A DNA stretch of 64,000 bases from Leptolyngbyaceae cyanobacterium (lineage in GTDB: Bacteria; Cyanobacteriota; Cyanobacteriia; Phormidesmidales; Phormidesmidaceae): positions 1,728,001 through 1,792,000 of the forward strand of contig CBDHHL010000056.1 in NCBI GenBank assembly GCA_965263355.1. The letters are read 5' to 3'. Under the pieces are notes generated by a model. That model made no database searches, had not been told where the DNA came from, and saw only the letters and a program-made list of their open reading frames with translations. Positions 44,957-54,893 of this stretch are shown here, piece by piece (position 1 is the first letter of the stretch; every line of letters begins with the position of its first letter). Both the position numbers and the translations under genes were made by a program.

Positions 44957-45694
44957 CTATACGTCCGGAGCCAGATTGGGCTGCTCTAAATCGAAATCAG
45001 ATACATCCAATAAATTTGTCAAATCGCCTGCTAAATTCTCCTCCGTTGCAACCTCAGTATCCCCAAAGTAAATTGCCTGAATATCACGGGGCAATGCTTG
45101 ACTCAAAGATTGCTGGGCATCTGTCAACAAGGTTTCCACAGATTTAGGGGAAATGCGTTGTCCTTCAGCCTGCAAATAAGCAGCAATGCGCGTATTACTC
45201 CAACGAAAGGTTTGGGCCATCACAATCACTAATCGATGTAAGGGTTGCAATTGCTCAAGCGCCTGGGTAACGTAGCACCAAAGTGGCGGAGAGGCTTCCT
45301 GAAGGTTGTAGTGAATCTCCTCGACGTCGGGTAAAACAGCCTGATTTATACAGGCCGCCGTCAAATTGACCAACCATGCCTGTAAGGAAAAGTTCGTTGG
45401 CGGCTCAGACGGCAAATCTAGACCACTGAGTTCATATAAGATATGCCGCCATGTCATGGCAAACAAGTATTCTGATTGCACGGTGGAGCGTGCAGAATGC
45501 CGAATCAGCGTATAAACTACCGGACTATAACGACAAAACAAAGCGGTAAAGTATTTACCGTCTTCGGGATGCAGCTTAAGTTGCTGCACCAGGTTGTAGT
45601 CGCTGTACTCAAAGAGCGACTTAACGATGGCATGATCACATTCAGGAAAATTAGGAATATCCACAATACTGCAAACGAAGCTCCTGCCAACCAC
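44957..45694 (-). CDS. Sigma-70/ECF-like protein
   Basis: FTALFCRY, F..TW, LQAWLVN (region 2-like); ALEQLQPLHR..IAAYL (region 4-like). Confidence 0.65.
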   Translation of the reverse strand: MVGRSFVCSIVDIPNFPECDHAIVKSLFEYSDYNLVQQLKLHPEDGKYFTALFCRYSPVVYTLIRHSARSTVQSEYLFAMTWRHILYELSGLDLPSEPPTNFSLQAWLVNLTAACINQAVLPDVEEIHYNLQEASPPLWCYVTQALEQLQPLHRLVIVMAQTFRWSNTRIAAYLQAEGQRISPKSVETLLTDAQQSLSQALPRDIQAIYFGDTEVATEENLAGDLTNLLDVSDFDLEQPNLAPDV

Positions 45695-45973
45695 TGGCAG
45701 AATGGGCAGATCAGTATTAACGAGACTGAGACTACCGTATAAATAGCAATTACTATACCCAGGATCCGATGAATCTTAAAGATTTGCTGGGGAAATTCCC
45801 ATTTAATTTCGGGCAATCGCTAGCTCAAGGGAGTCATATTAGTCTTACGGTAAAGGATCGGTTAACTCGGTATCTTACCAGCGGCTAGCGAGTTTTAGCC
45901 TTGATACACTAGGGTCAATCTTTATGCCCACACTGTTCTCAGATCGATAGCATCGTTCTTTCAAAAGCCGCCC

Positions 45974-46552
45974 ATGTTTTTTTGTCCTGTCGTTTTTTCT
46001 ATACCACTAGCTTCTATCTGGCAAGGGCTACCGCTTGATAGCTTGATTTCTACCCAAGGCATCATGGTGATGCTATTAGTGGCCTACGCAGGTGCTATGT
46101 GGATGTTTTTGACCAGTGCCCCCAAAGTACATACGGTGATGGTTTCCGATTTAAATATTGCCCAGCAATTTTATGAGGGGATGCTGGGGTTATCCACAGC
46201 CGATGTGCCGCTCCATTATTACTACAATTACGAGCAAACGATGGGCACAGGGCTAGATCCGATGATGGGAATGGGGACAATGTCACGTTCAACTGAGCCT
46301 AACTATGGCAGCCCAGATGGCCTATGGTATCAACTGAAAAAAAATACTCAGCTACATGTGATTTCAGGGGCTAATCGAGGGCATAAGGATCGTCAACGCC
46401 ATGTTTGTTTTGATCGAGACTGTCTTGAATTGTTATTGATGCAAGTCCAAGCAAACGGAGTACGTCATAAAATTCGTCGCGAACGTCCGCTTAATTTCCT
46501 GGTTAAAGACTATGATGGCGAGGTTATTGAGATGGCCGAAGTAGCTGATTAG
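45974..46552 (+). CDS. Glyoxalase/VOC-like protein with N-terminal TM
   Basis: VHTVMVSDL..AQQFYE, QLHVI, RHVCF, VKDYDGEVIEM. Confidence 0.8.
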   Translation: MFFCPVVFSIPLASIWQGLPLDSLISTQGIMVMLLVAYAGAMWMFLTSAPKVHTVMVSDLNIAQQFYEGMLGLSTADVPLHYYYNYEQTMGTGLDPMMGMGTMSRSTEPNYGSPDGLWYQLKKNTQLHVISGANRGHKDRQRHVCFDRDCLELLLMQVQANGVRHKIRRERPLNFLVKDYDGEVIEMAEVAD

Positions 46553-46578
46553 GGGTCATCCTAAACTCACTTGGGTGT

Positions 46579-47046
46579 ATGGGTTCTATGATCATCGATC
46601 TTTCTTCAGTCCCTGTTAGCCAGGGTACCGGTTATCCAGCCCCTTTTAAGGCTGCTGTAGCGGGACGCTCTCGTCAACGGGTGGGAAATGCCGCTGGGCT
46701 GACTAATTTTGGCGTTAATTTAACTACATTGGCTCCTGGTGCTCAATCAGCGTTACGACACTGGCACAGTCACCAAGATGAATTTATCTATGTGGTTTCG
46801 GGAGAACTTACTTTAGTAACCGATAGCGGGGCTAACTTACTCACACCTGGCATGATGGCTGCTTTTCCAGCTGGGTTAGCCAATGGCCATCACGTAATCA
46901 ATCGGTCTGAGGCGATCTCAACCTATCTCGAAATTGGCGATCGCACCCCTGGCGATCAAGCTGCTTATCCAGATGATGACTTGTTAGCCCTCTCAAAGGA
47001 AGAAGGAGGGTATTATTTCACCCATCGCAACGGCACCCCCTACTAA
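46579..47046 (+). CDS. Cupin domain protein
   Basis: SALRHWHSHQDEFIYV, NGHHVIN. Confidence 0.88.
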   Translation: MGSMIIDLSSVPVSQGTGYPAPFKAAVAGRSRQRVGNAAGLTNFGVNLTTLAPGAQSALRHWHSHQDEFIYVVSGELTLVTDSGANLLTPGMMAAFPAGLANGHHVINRSEAISTYLEIGDRTPGDQAAYPDDDLLALSKEEGGYYFTHRNGTPY

Positions 47047-47056
47047 AGCAAGCTGG

Positions 47057-47809
47057 ATGAGATTAATCGAGGCCCTTAAGACAGTTGGTTTGAAGATGAT
47101 GCTTGATCGACCAAATCTTTACAGGGTAGCCAGAAAGTTATCACTGTTATGTATCTTTTTGACCAGCTGCCAATCCAATCCATCAGACGTTGCCATAGCA
47201 CCAAATCCATCGGCTCCACCAGCCATAGAAACTACGGCACCGCCACCGCCACCGCCGCCAAATTCCTATCTGGCTCAACTCCCCCCTGATGCCACCAGTC
47301 GATTGGTTGATCTAGGAGTCAGCATCGTGATTCCAACCTATCTAACGCAAAACATGACCCTAGCCAACTATGGAGTCGGTGAAACCTCCGACAATAATGG
47401 CGCTTATTATTGGTTGGTATATCGGGACAATCAAAACCGTTGCTTTGCCATCGAATATGCATCTGATGGCATCGAAGATATTTCACTTGAAAATCAAGCA
47501 CCTTTAACCAGTGAATTATTCGGCCAGGGTTACAACCTTTACCATGGCAAATTTCCTAATGGTGGTGATGGTGAATTGCCAGAAAGGGATTTATTTACCG
47601 ATTGGTTGGTTGGAGAAGATGGCTTCTACCGATTAATCGGCTCTGGTTTAATTAATGCCCAGGATTACGGTCAAGGGGATTGCAAAAATATTACGGTAGC
47701 AGAAGCGATTACGATAACTGAATCCTTCAGTTATCTACCCACTGATATTAGAACCCTAGAACTAATGCCTTCCCAATCAGATTTTGCTGAAGGCAAGTCG
47801 ACCCCATAA
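47057..47809 (+). CDS. Putative lipoprotein with Pro-rich linker
   Basis: Lipobox LTSC, poly-Pro; true start probably 47096-47099. Confidence 0.7.
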   Translation: MRLIEALKTVGLKMMLDRPNLYRVARKLSLLCIFLTSCQSNPSDVAIAPNPSAPPAIETTAPPPPPPPNSYLAQLPPDATSRLVDLGVSIVIPTYLTQNMTLANYGVGETSDNNGAYYWLVYRDNQNRCFAIEYASDGIEDISLENQAPLTSELFGQGYNLYHGKFPNGGDGELPERDLFTDWLVGEDGFYRLIGSGLINAQDYGQGDCKNITVAEAITITESFSYLPTDIRTLELMPSQSDFAEGKSTP

Positions 47810-47818
47810 AGATAGCTC

Positions 47819-47893
47819 GTCGCTCATTGGCAATGAGCGACACAACGTTGGTCGTTAAACCATAAAGGCTTGCTCATTGAGCAAGCCTTTATG
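47819..47893. terminator. Two perfect palindromes between convergent genes
   Basis: GTCGCTCATTG-G-CAATGAGCGAC and CATAAAGGCTTGCTCA-T-TGAGCAAGCCTTTATG. Confidence 0.65.
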
Positions 47894-47973
47894 ACATAGT
47901 CAAAGCTATCAAAACAGCATTAACGCACGCCTAACTTGTGCCTCATCAATGACTGAAACCAGAGTCTCCTAAG

Positions 47974-48522
47974 TTAACTAAGGCTTTCAGTCACAGGTGT
48001 ATCAGATGCATTTTTAGCGTTAGATACTCTTTTATCAATGGCCTCTTGTGCATCTTTGGCAACAGTGGGAGTTTTATCAGCAGTTGCACTAGTAACAGTT
48101 GTAGAGACTGTGTTGGCAACTGTTTTTGCTTGAGATTTAACTGCCTCTGAAGCACTTTTCTCAGCAGAATTCTCAACCTTCTCTAAGCCAAGCTGCTCAC
48201 GAGCTTTATCCAAAAGGAAACTGACACCATTTTGGCTAGCATCTAGAAATGCCTGACCGGTAGCTGCTGCCGCCTGATTGCCATCCACTGCATCTGCCTG
48301 CTGAGTTTTCCACCACTCCCGCGCCTTTTGACCAGTACCAACGGCTGTATCGCTAAACCATGCACCCAAGACGAGGACAGAACAAATAAGTAACCAAACT
48401 AAAAGAGCTATTTCCTTAATAATTTTGCCTGTCAAGGTAAGGGCATCTTTATAAGTGCCTGCTGTCTTGGGATCGAATAGTAACTTAGACACCACAGCAG
48501 CTTGGGATTTAACGCGATCCAT
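47974..48522 (-). CDS. Hypothetical single-TM protein
   Basis: GAGG RBS, one TM, A/S/T/K-rich tail. Confidence 0.75.
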   Translation of the reverse strand: MDRVKSQAAVVSKLLFDPKTAGTYKDALTLTGKIIKEIALLVWLLICSVLVLGAWFSDTAVGTGQKAREWWKTQQADAVDGNQAAAATGQAFLDASQNGVSFLLDKAREQLGLEKVENSAEKSASEAVKSQAKTVANTVSTTVTSATADKTPTVAKDAQEAIDKRVSNAKNASDTPVTESLS

Positions 48523-48716
48523 GACTATACCTCATTATTTAATAAAAAATGTGATAAAAAATAACGCTTACGATAGTGCACAGTAGGGCCATCCTAACTA
48601 AGGACAATAATCTGTCCTCAGACATTGTGGATAGTCTTAAGCTTTTTATTCGAACGACTAGCCTCCAATCCCTATCATTGGGTGTTTTGTTAAGCGTTTG
48701 TGAGTATCACCAATGG

Positions 48717-49661
48717 CTAGCTGCCCCATACTTTTTTCAGCACGTCGTCCGGCTTTAAATCCGCTAGCTTATCTGTGACAGAGGCAACACCTACAGCCCG
48801 TGTTTCACCTGCACCAATCGGCAATGTCTGACTCCGCGTTGTTTGCAACACTAAGGTAAAGACCTCTAGGGCCATAGCAACTTGGCTAACGTAGTTATCT
48901 GGGCTAATGACTAAATCAGCCCCAGCAAGGATAGCAGCAACTTGGCCCAGATTTTGAGCCGCAACTGTCTTGAGCATTCGCTGACGCCCCATTGAGGTAA
49001 CTAGTTCCTCACTATCTCTGGTTTCCAGCATTAGGATTGGTAACTGTGGCTGTTTAGACTGAAAATCATCAATAATACTGAGCCAGCTATTGACTGGATA
49101 ACTGTCTGCCTGGGCGCTGAGGCCAGGGTACATGACAACATAACCACTGCCTGCTAAGTCTAAAGATTGGCGCTGCTTTTCGGCCCAGGCAATATCGCCC
49201 TCAGGTACGTTGAGGGCCATGGCTGCTAACTTAGAAGTTTGGGCTAATCCTTGTAAAAGCTCTTGATACTTGCTGGCTGGGTACTGTGTTTTATCGGCAA
49301 TTACTGTATTGGTATATAGCCAGGAAATCTGAGCGCTGTTATACCCAATCCGCTTAGGGATACCGCTGAGCCAGAGCAATAAGCTTTCTTCCCAACGCTC
49401 ACTGGCACAAAGCGCTAATTCAAACTCGCGATCGCGAATAATACCTAATAAATTAGCCCAGTCAGCCGGACTATTTTGACCTTGATAATCAAACGGAATC
49501 ACCTCACTGACAGCCTTAGATACCTGATAAGCCTCTTTAGATGACGGCTCTACCACTATCGAAATTTCAGCATGGGGATAGATTTCGTGGATGGTCGTTA
49601 ACGTGGGAAAAAACTGCAGCTGCTCGGTAATTCCACCAGGGACTAAAGCCAGGACACGCAT
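48717..49661 (-). CDS. Glycosyltransferase family 9 (heptosyltransferase-like)
   Basis: MRVLALVPGGI, GIPKRIGY, AGADLVIS. Confidence 0.85.
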   Translation of the reverse strand: MRVLALVPGGITEQLQFFPTLTTIHEIYPHAEISIVVEPSSKEAYQVSKAVSEVIPFDYQGQNSPADWANLLGIIRDREFELALCASERWEESLLLWLSGIPKRIGYNSAQISWLYTNTVIADKTQYPASKYQELLQGLAQTSKLAAMALNVPEGDIAWAEKQRQSLDLAGSGYVVMYPGLSAQADSYPVNSWLSIIDDFQSKQPQLPILMLETRDSEELVTSMGRQRMLKTVAAQNLGQVAAILAGADLVISPDNYVSQVAMALEVFTLVLQTTRSQTLPIGAGETRAVGVASVTDKLADLKPDDVLKKVWGS

Positions 49662-49759
49662 GGGCTTTGGAGAATACTTCGCTAATCATTCTAGAGGAAG
49701 CTGGTCGTGCTAATACTGTTATCAGGTCACTAAACCAGGAAATTCTACAAATATTCTCT

Positions 49760-50494
49760 ATGCATCTACTTATACCGGCAGCAGGCATTGGCAAACGAAT
49801 GGGAGCCGATGGCAACAAGCTACTTCTGCCACTACTCGACCATTCCATTATGGGTTGGACATTAAAAGCTGCTGTTGAGGCTAACACAATCGAATGGATT
49901 GGCATTATCTGCCAATCCGTCGATGAACTAGTATTCAAGGAAACTGTGAGCAAACTTAAAACAGGCAAGCCAGTAATCTTTATTCGCGGCGGCGACACCA
50001 GACAAGAATCCGTCAATAACGGTCTACAAGCCTTGCCGGATGATGCTCATCAAGTGCTGATTCATGATGGAGCCCGTTGTCTTGCAACTCCAGCACTATT
50101 TGATCGCTGCACTGCAGCTTTCTCTACTAGCAATGGCTTCATTGCAGCGGTGCCAGTAAAAGACACCATCAAAAAAGTGAATGATTCAGGCATTATCGTA
50201 GCAACACCTGATCGCTCTCAACTGTGGGCTGCCCAGACACCTCAAGGATTTGACGTGGCCTTACTCAAAGAAGTCCATCAAAAAGGACAATCTCAAGGCT
50301 GGTCAGTGACTGATGATGCAGCTCTTTTTGAAAAATGCGGTCTATCCGTCCACATTGTGGAAGGGGAAGAGACTAATTTGAAGATAACGACTCCGGTAGA
50401 TCTTGCGATCGCAGAGTTTATTCTACGACAACGACTTGAATCATCTTCAGAAACCCAGCTTCTCGTAAATCCCAGAAACCGGGTTTCTGAATGA
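49760..50494 (+). CDS. ispD: MEP cytidylyltransferase
   Basis: IPAAGIGKRM, GGDTRQESV, HDGARC, QTPQ, KITTP. Confidence 0.96.
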   Translation: MHLLIPAAGIGKRMGADGNKLLLPLLDHSIMGWTLKAAVEANTIEWIGIICQSVDELVFKETVSKLKTGKPVIFIRGGDTRQESVNNGLQALPDDAHQVLIHDGARCLATPALFDRCTAAFSTSNGFIAAVPVKDTIKKVNDSGIIVATPDRSQLWAAQTPQGFDVALLKEVHQKGQSQGWSVTDDAALFEKCGLSVHIVEGEETNLKITTPVDLAIAEFILRQRLESSSETQLLVNPRNRVSE

Positions 50495-50650
50495 TTAAAG
50501 ATCGCCACTCCGTGCCACTAACAAAAAGATAATTGCTGGACCAGAAATAACTACCATTGCTAAGACAGTGAGCTGAGCCACTACCAAAAAATTAATACTA
50601 CTGACAAGGTCGATGAGAAAACCCAGACCCAAAATACCCAGAAGACCCAT
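50495..50650 (-). CDS. psb30: Photosystem II subunit Psb30 (Ycf12), 51 aa
   Basis: Own translation ...INFLVVAQLTVLAMVVISGPAIIFLLVARSGDL; GGAGG RBS. Below the ORF-track cutoff. Confidence 0.92.
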   Translation of the reverse strand: MGLLGILGLGFLIDLVSSINFLVVAQLTVLAMVVISGPAIIFLLVARSGDL

Positions 50651-50851
50651 TGAACCTCCAATGACCAGATAACCGTACTTCTCGCGCTCAGACGCATCGT
50701 CATTTTACCTGGTTCGATCCCATAAAGTTTAAGGAAGTTTACAAAATTCCAAGAATATTGATGGATATAACCACTAATATTCTCGTCTCACCCTATTCCC
50801 CATTCCCGTATTCTGGGAAAGCAAACGCTACCCTTGAAAAACCTAATAATT

Positions 50852-51208
50852 ATGGCCACCTGGCAATGTGTGAAAAACTGTGGTGCCTGCTGTAATCTAG
50901 CCCCCGCAGATCGGCCCGATCTAGCGGACTATCTGACACCGGAACAACTAGAAACCTACATGGGGATGGTGGGGGTCGATGGTTGGTGCGTTAACTATGA
51001 TGCCGAGCAGCGCCTGTGCAAGATCTATGAACAACGTCCCAGTTTCTGCTGGGTCCAAACCGATACGTTCGAACAAATGTTTGGCATTAAGAGTGATGAC
51101 CTCAATAGGTTTGCCATTGACTGCTGTCAAGAACAAATCAGCGGTGTTTATGGGACAAACAGTGAGGAACTAGAACGATTTCTGACGACAGTGGGGGAAG
51201 AAGTATAG
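50852..51208 (+). CDS. YkgJ-family cysteine-cluster protein
   Basis: CVKNCGACC, GWC, CKIYEQRPSFC. Confidence 0.85.
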   Translation: MATWQCVKNCGACCNLAPADRPDLADYLTPEQLETYMGMVGVDGWCVNYDAEQRLCKIYEQRPSFCWVQTDTFEQMFGIKSDDLNRFAIDCCQEQISGVYGTNSEELERFLTTVGEEV

Positions 51209-51267
51209 GCAAGGATTACACCTAAAACCTTGCTCTTACAAGCTTACTGTCAGATAATGAAAAAAAT

Positions 51268-51630
51268 ATGAAAGATCTGTCGTCATCTGTGCCAACTGCT
51301 GAGACTGTTCAGTCTACTCCAGGAATGCCTGAGGAAATATCTACGAAGGCTACATTTTGGGGTGTTTTTCTATCGACATTCATCACAATTTTTCTGGCAG
51401 AACTGGGTGATAAAACTCAAGTAGCTACTCTACTGATTAGTGCTGAGTCCCATAAGCCACTAACAGTATTTATAGGAGCCGCCTTAGCTCTGATCTCTAC
51501 AAGTTTGGTGGGAGTACTCATTGGTCAGTGGTTAGCCCGTCACGTCTCTCCCGAAACCCTAGATACTGTGGCTGGAATTTTGTTGCTGATTATTGCCGTG
51601 GGTTTAGTGACTGAAGTTATTGGTCTGTAA
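51268..51630 (+). CDS. TMEM165/GDT1 (UPF0016) half-transporter
   Basis: ELGDKTQ motif, 3 TMs. Confidence 0.9.
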   Translation: MKDLSSSVPTAETVQSTPGMPEEISTKATFWGVFLSTFITIFLAELGDKTQVATLLISAESHKPLTVFIGAALALISTSLVGVLIGQWLARHVSPETLDTVAGILLLIIAVGLVTEVIGL

Positions 51631-51647
51631 AGGATTGCCCCATTGCC

Positions 51648-51932
51648 ATGTCGTTTGATTGGAATCTACTGAGTATCAGTTTTGTCACCGTATTTCTATC
51701 GGAACTGGGGGACAAAAGCCAGATAGCCGCTATTGCTTTGGGAGGGAGTTCCTCGTCGCCTAAAGCTGTATTTTTAGGGACTGCAAGTGCATTAGTATTG
51801 GCCAGTTTTCTGGGGGTACTTTTGGGAGAAGGGACTGCCCAAATATTACCGACACAGCTTATTAAAGGTGTTGCTGCGATTGGATTTGCTTTGATGGGAA
51901 TTCGATTACTGTGGCCTGAAACCGACAGCTAA
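51648..51932 (+). CDS. TMEM165/GDT1 (UPF0016) half-transporter
   Basis: ELGDKSQ motif, 3 TMs. Confidence 0.9.
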   Translation: MSFDWNLLSISFVTVFLSELGDKSQIAAIALGGSSSSPKAVFLGTASALVLASFLGVLLGEGTAQILPTQLIKGVAAIGFALMGIRLLWPETDS

Positions 51933-52080
51933 AACTAGTGGCTGTCAATCTTAAAAATTGAGATTCTTCTTTTAAAGAATAAAAAAAAGTAAAGGGTGAG
52001 TAAGGCTTACTTTTTACTCCTCACCCTTACTCACTAATGATCCCCTTATCCAAAAATTTGAGCTTGACGCAATACTCGTC

Positions 52081-52623
52081 TTACTCGAAAAACTGGGCAG
52101 CAATATCGCTGTAGCATAAGCGCAGTAAAATCCCAAGGGCCAGTACCTTAGTCGCTTCCAAGCACCAATAGGCACCATGCATCCATTGCATAGTACTGGG
52201 AATAATGTGAATTTTTTCTGGCATATCCAGGGCTATACCAATACCACCCATATAAGGAGTCAGTACGTAGGCATAAGTGAGTGAGACCATAACCAAGCTG
52301 CCTGCTAATAGCAATGTCCAACGGCTACGACTGCCACTGACTTCTACAGCACAATCAGCATGGGCCTGACGCATGGCCAATACACCAGTCAAAATTAGAC
52401 CAGCCAAAAGCATTTCAACATGGTTAAACACCTCAAAAAGGCTATAACCAGCGCTAGCAAAACCAGGAGTTGTCATCATGCCACTCATATAGAGCATCGG
52501 CATAACGACAAAATCAAGCATCAAACTGCTACCAAGCCAGAAAACTGCCAGAAAGAGAACGGCACTATCCCACGCAAATTGACGTGGAGATAGCTTAGGG
52601 AAAGACAACGAGAAAGGTGTCAT
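52081..52623 (-). CDS. DUF4149-like 4-TM membrane protein
   Basis: FWLGSSLMLDFVVMP, FNHVE, MHGAYW.LE..K. Confidence 0.7.
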   Translation of the reverse strand: MTPFSLSFPKLSPRQFAWDSAVLFLAVFWLGSSLMLDFVVMPMLYMSGMMTTPGFASAGYSLFEVFNHVEMLLAGLILTGVLAMRQAHADCAVEVSGSRSRWTLLLAGSLVMVSLTYAYVLTPYMGGIGIALDMPEKIHIIPSTMQWMHGAYWCLEATKVLALGILLRLCYSDIAAQFFE

Positions 52624-52689
52624 GAATTAAACCAAATGATTGATGGGTATGTCTCAAAGCTAGCCGATATAGTTAGAGATAAACGTGAA

Positions 52690-52721
52690 AAATCGTTGCG
52701 ATATGGGCATCGCAACGATTT
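52690..52721. terminator. 13-bp inverted repeat downstream of mgdA
   Basis: AAATCGTTGCGAT-ATGGGC-ATCGCAACGATTT. Confidence 0.55.
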
Positions 52722-52778
52722 CTTTAGATATCTAATAACAGTCTTTAGATATGGTTTATTGCTCTTTAAGGTGCCGAG

Positions 52779-54113
52779 CTATGCACTGGCGGTTTCTCCA
52801 GCATGAATTGTTTTGACCCATTTCAGCCGTTTTGGCCGTATAGCCATGCGTATCGTCGCAAAAGCCATAACTATGATCCAATGGGTCATGTAGATAGTTC
52901 CTTTGACCGCTCGTACCATGGCTACTGGCAGGGATACTTTTTGAGTACGGCAGATCCCGCTAGCCATACCCCAGTAGGATATGCCGACTGCCAAAGTCGT
53001 TAAGGGAGCAAACACAGGGGGGTGGCGTAGTGCGATCGCGACAAGCAAGTCCGGTAATGCCACAATCGGTAACATGTATTGTAAGACCCAATACATCAAC
53101 ATATCGATGGATTTATTCCATCCCAGACGATTTCGTAACAAAAATCGCCAGTAATCCAGATAGCGCTGGTAGCCTCCCTCTGCCCAACGATTACGCTGAT
53201 GCCACAAGGCTATCCCACTGGTGACCCCTTCTTCTCCTACCGGGGGCAGCTCTAAAAAGCTAATATTCCATTGATTTAGGTGTAGTTGTACCGTCAAATC
53301 CAGGTCATCAGTAATAGTCATTTCATTCCAACCACCACATTGGGCAATGGCTGTACGTCTTACAAATTGACCGTTACCTCGCAGTTCACCAATGCCACAT
53401 CGAGCAGCACGTTGTTCCTGGTAATAGCGGTCTAACGCCATTTCTGCCGCTTGCCCTTGGGTCCAGAAATTCGTCTCGCTATTGACAATGGACTTACGCA
53501 CCTGAATCGCTCCTGTGCAGTCATTAGCAAACAGTGGTACCACCTTCTGGAGTAAATTTGCAGATACCTGAGCATCAGCATCAAACACCGCCAGGATTTC
53601 GCCATTTGCCCGTGGCCAGACTAAGTTTAATGCTCCAGACTTACCACCAGTCGCCTCTGGCCCACGATGTAAAACTTTTAGCTTTGAATATTCCTGGGTC
53701 AACTGGTCTAAAATTCTGCCAGTGCCGTCATCACTATTGTCGTTAATCACCCAAAGCTCATAGCGATCCTCGGGATAGTCTAAATTGCAAAGCGATGCCA
53801 CTAAGTTACTAATGACCGCCGCTTCATTCTTAGCCGCTACTAACAAAGATATACGCGGACAATCTGCCTGATCTAACGCATCAGGAATAGGGACTTGATT
53901 GGGACTAACCGCATAGATAGGATTAGCCGTCACAATCCTGACCATATAAAGCGCCACCATTACGGTAGCCACCCAAACCACAAGTGAGCCCCACATGGCC
54001 CAGTGCAACACCACTGTTACACTCCACAAAAACACCAAAGCAGCCAACGCTTTCAGGCGACGTCCTTCCGAAAGATGATCTGGTGAAACATCAGGTACCA
54101 TTTCAATCGCCAT
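52779..54113 (-). CDS. mgdA: GT2 monoglucosyldiacylglycerol synthase
   Basis: GRRLKA N-terminus, GKSGALN, FDAD, GELRGNGQ, TDD, QRNRW. Confidence 0.85.
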   Translation of the reverse strand: MAIEMVPDVSPDHLSEGRRLKALAALVFLWSVTVVLHWAMWGSLVVWVATVMVALYMVRIVTANPIYAVSPNQVPIPDALDQADCPRISLLVAAKNEAAVISNLVASLCNLDYPEDRYELWVINDNSDDGTGRILDQLTQEYSKLKVLHRGPEATGGKSGALNLVWPRANGEILAVFDADAQVSANLLQKVVPLFANDCTGAIQVRKSIVNSETNFWTQGQAAEMALDRYYQEQRAARCGIGELRGNGQFVRRTAIAQCGGWNEMTITDDLDLTVQLHLNQWNISFLELPPVGEEGVTSGIALWHQRNRWAEGGYQRYLDYWRFLLRNRLGWNKSIDMLMYWVLQYMLPIVALPDLLVAIALRHPPVFAPLTTLAVGISYWGMASGICRTQKVSLPVAMVRAVKGTIYMTHWIIVMAFATIRMAIRPKRLKWVKTIHAGETASA

Positions 54114-54400
54114 AGGTTCCGTGTAGTAGAGTATTGGGGTTACAGTTCATTAATATCTTATTAAAATCTGTTACACAGCGTCATGTTTAGACATGCCTTC
54201 TCTGAAATCCTCTTATTTTGCAGTGAACAGGGCTTAGACTTCTGTGGGTAAACTAATGCTTGGCAGCACATATTACGTCTTGGTGGCTGATCAAAGCACT
54301 ATGCCCAAAAACTATCAGCTCTCAGGTCTAGTGAGACCATGATGTTTATGGTTGCCTAATTTCACAGTTTTCTTAAGAAAAGACCCCACTGCTCAACGCT

Positions 54401-54775
54401 ATGCCTATTGCAGACATTCAGCCCGCTCCCAAACAAGATGTCGGTGTTTATATGCCCTATTACCAAGGCAATAAACGCAAAGCCCTACCCTATGCCATCG
54501 GCCTCTACAAACGTGGCAATCTTGAAGGTGAGCGTCGAATCGAAGGCGGTGAGAGCATCGTCTTTTTGGCGACATGGAATGTATCAATGTTGCCTGCCGA
54601 CCTCACTCAATGTCGAATGCAGTTTGATGGTGATGCAGAACTTACCTATGAAATCACCATGGCTACCTTTGAATTTGTCGATTTCCTAATCGATGTAGTC
54701 ACTGCTATGCGGCTAAAGCGGTCACCTGATTTTTCTAAATCCTTCTATCGTAGATTGCTCAGAATGGATGAGTAG
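54401..54775 (+). CDS. ebsA: EbsA (type IV pilus / biofilm-suppression component)
   Basis: VYMPYYQGNKR..LPYAIGLY..G.LEGERRIEGG, LPADLTQC, DFSKSFYRRL. Confidence 0.82.
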   Translation: MPIADIQPAPKQDVGVYMPYYQGNKRKALPYAIGLYKRGNLEGERRIEGGESIVFLATWNVSMLPADLTQCRMQFDGDAELTYEITMATFEFVDFLIDVVTAMRLKRSPDFSKSFYRRLLRMDE

Positions 54776-54893
54776 TATGCATTGCTGATTCGTTTAACAA
54801 AACACTTCGTCAAAAGTTAAGGTTTTGCCAAATTGCTGACAACTCTCCATGGCACAATGAGGGAGAGCCCTATTGGTAGTCAGGAGTGATAGT

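Noticed and set aside
52016..52026. ACTCCTCACCC resembling the Yfr1 motif ACTCCTCACAC
   Set aside because: It has one mismatch and is base-paired within a terminator-like hairpin (51989-52030) rather than unpaired between two stems.
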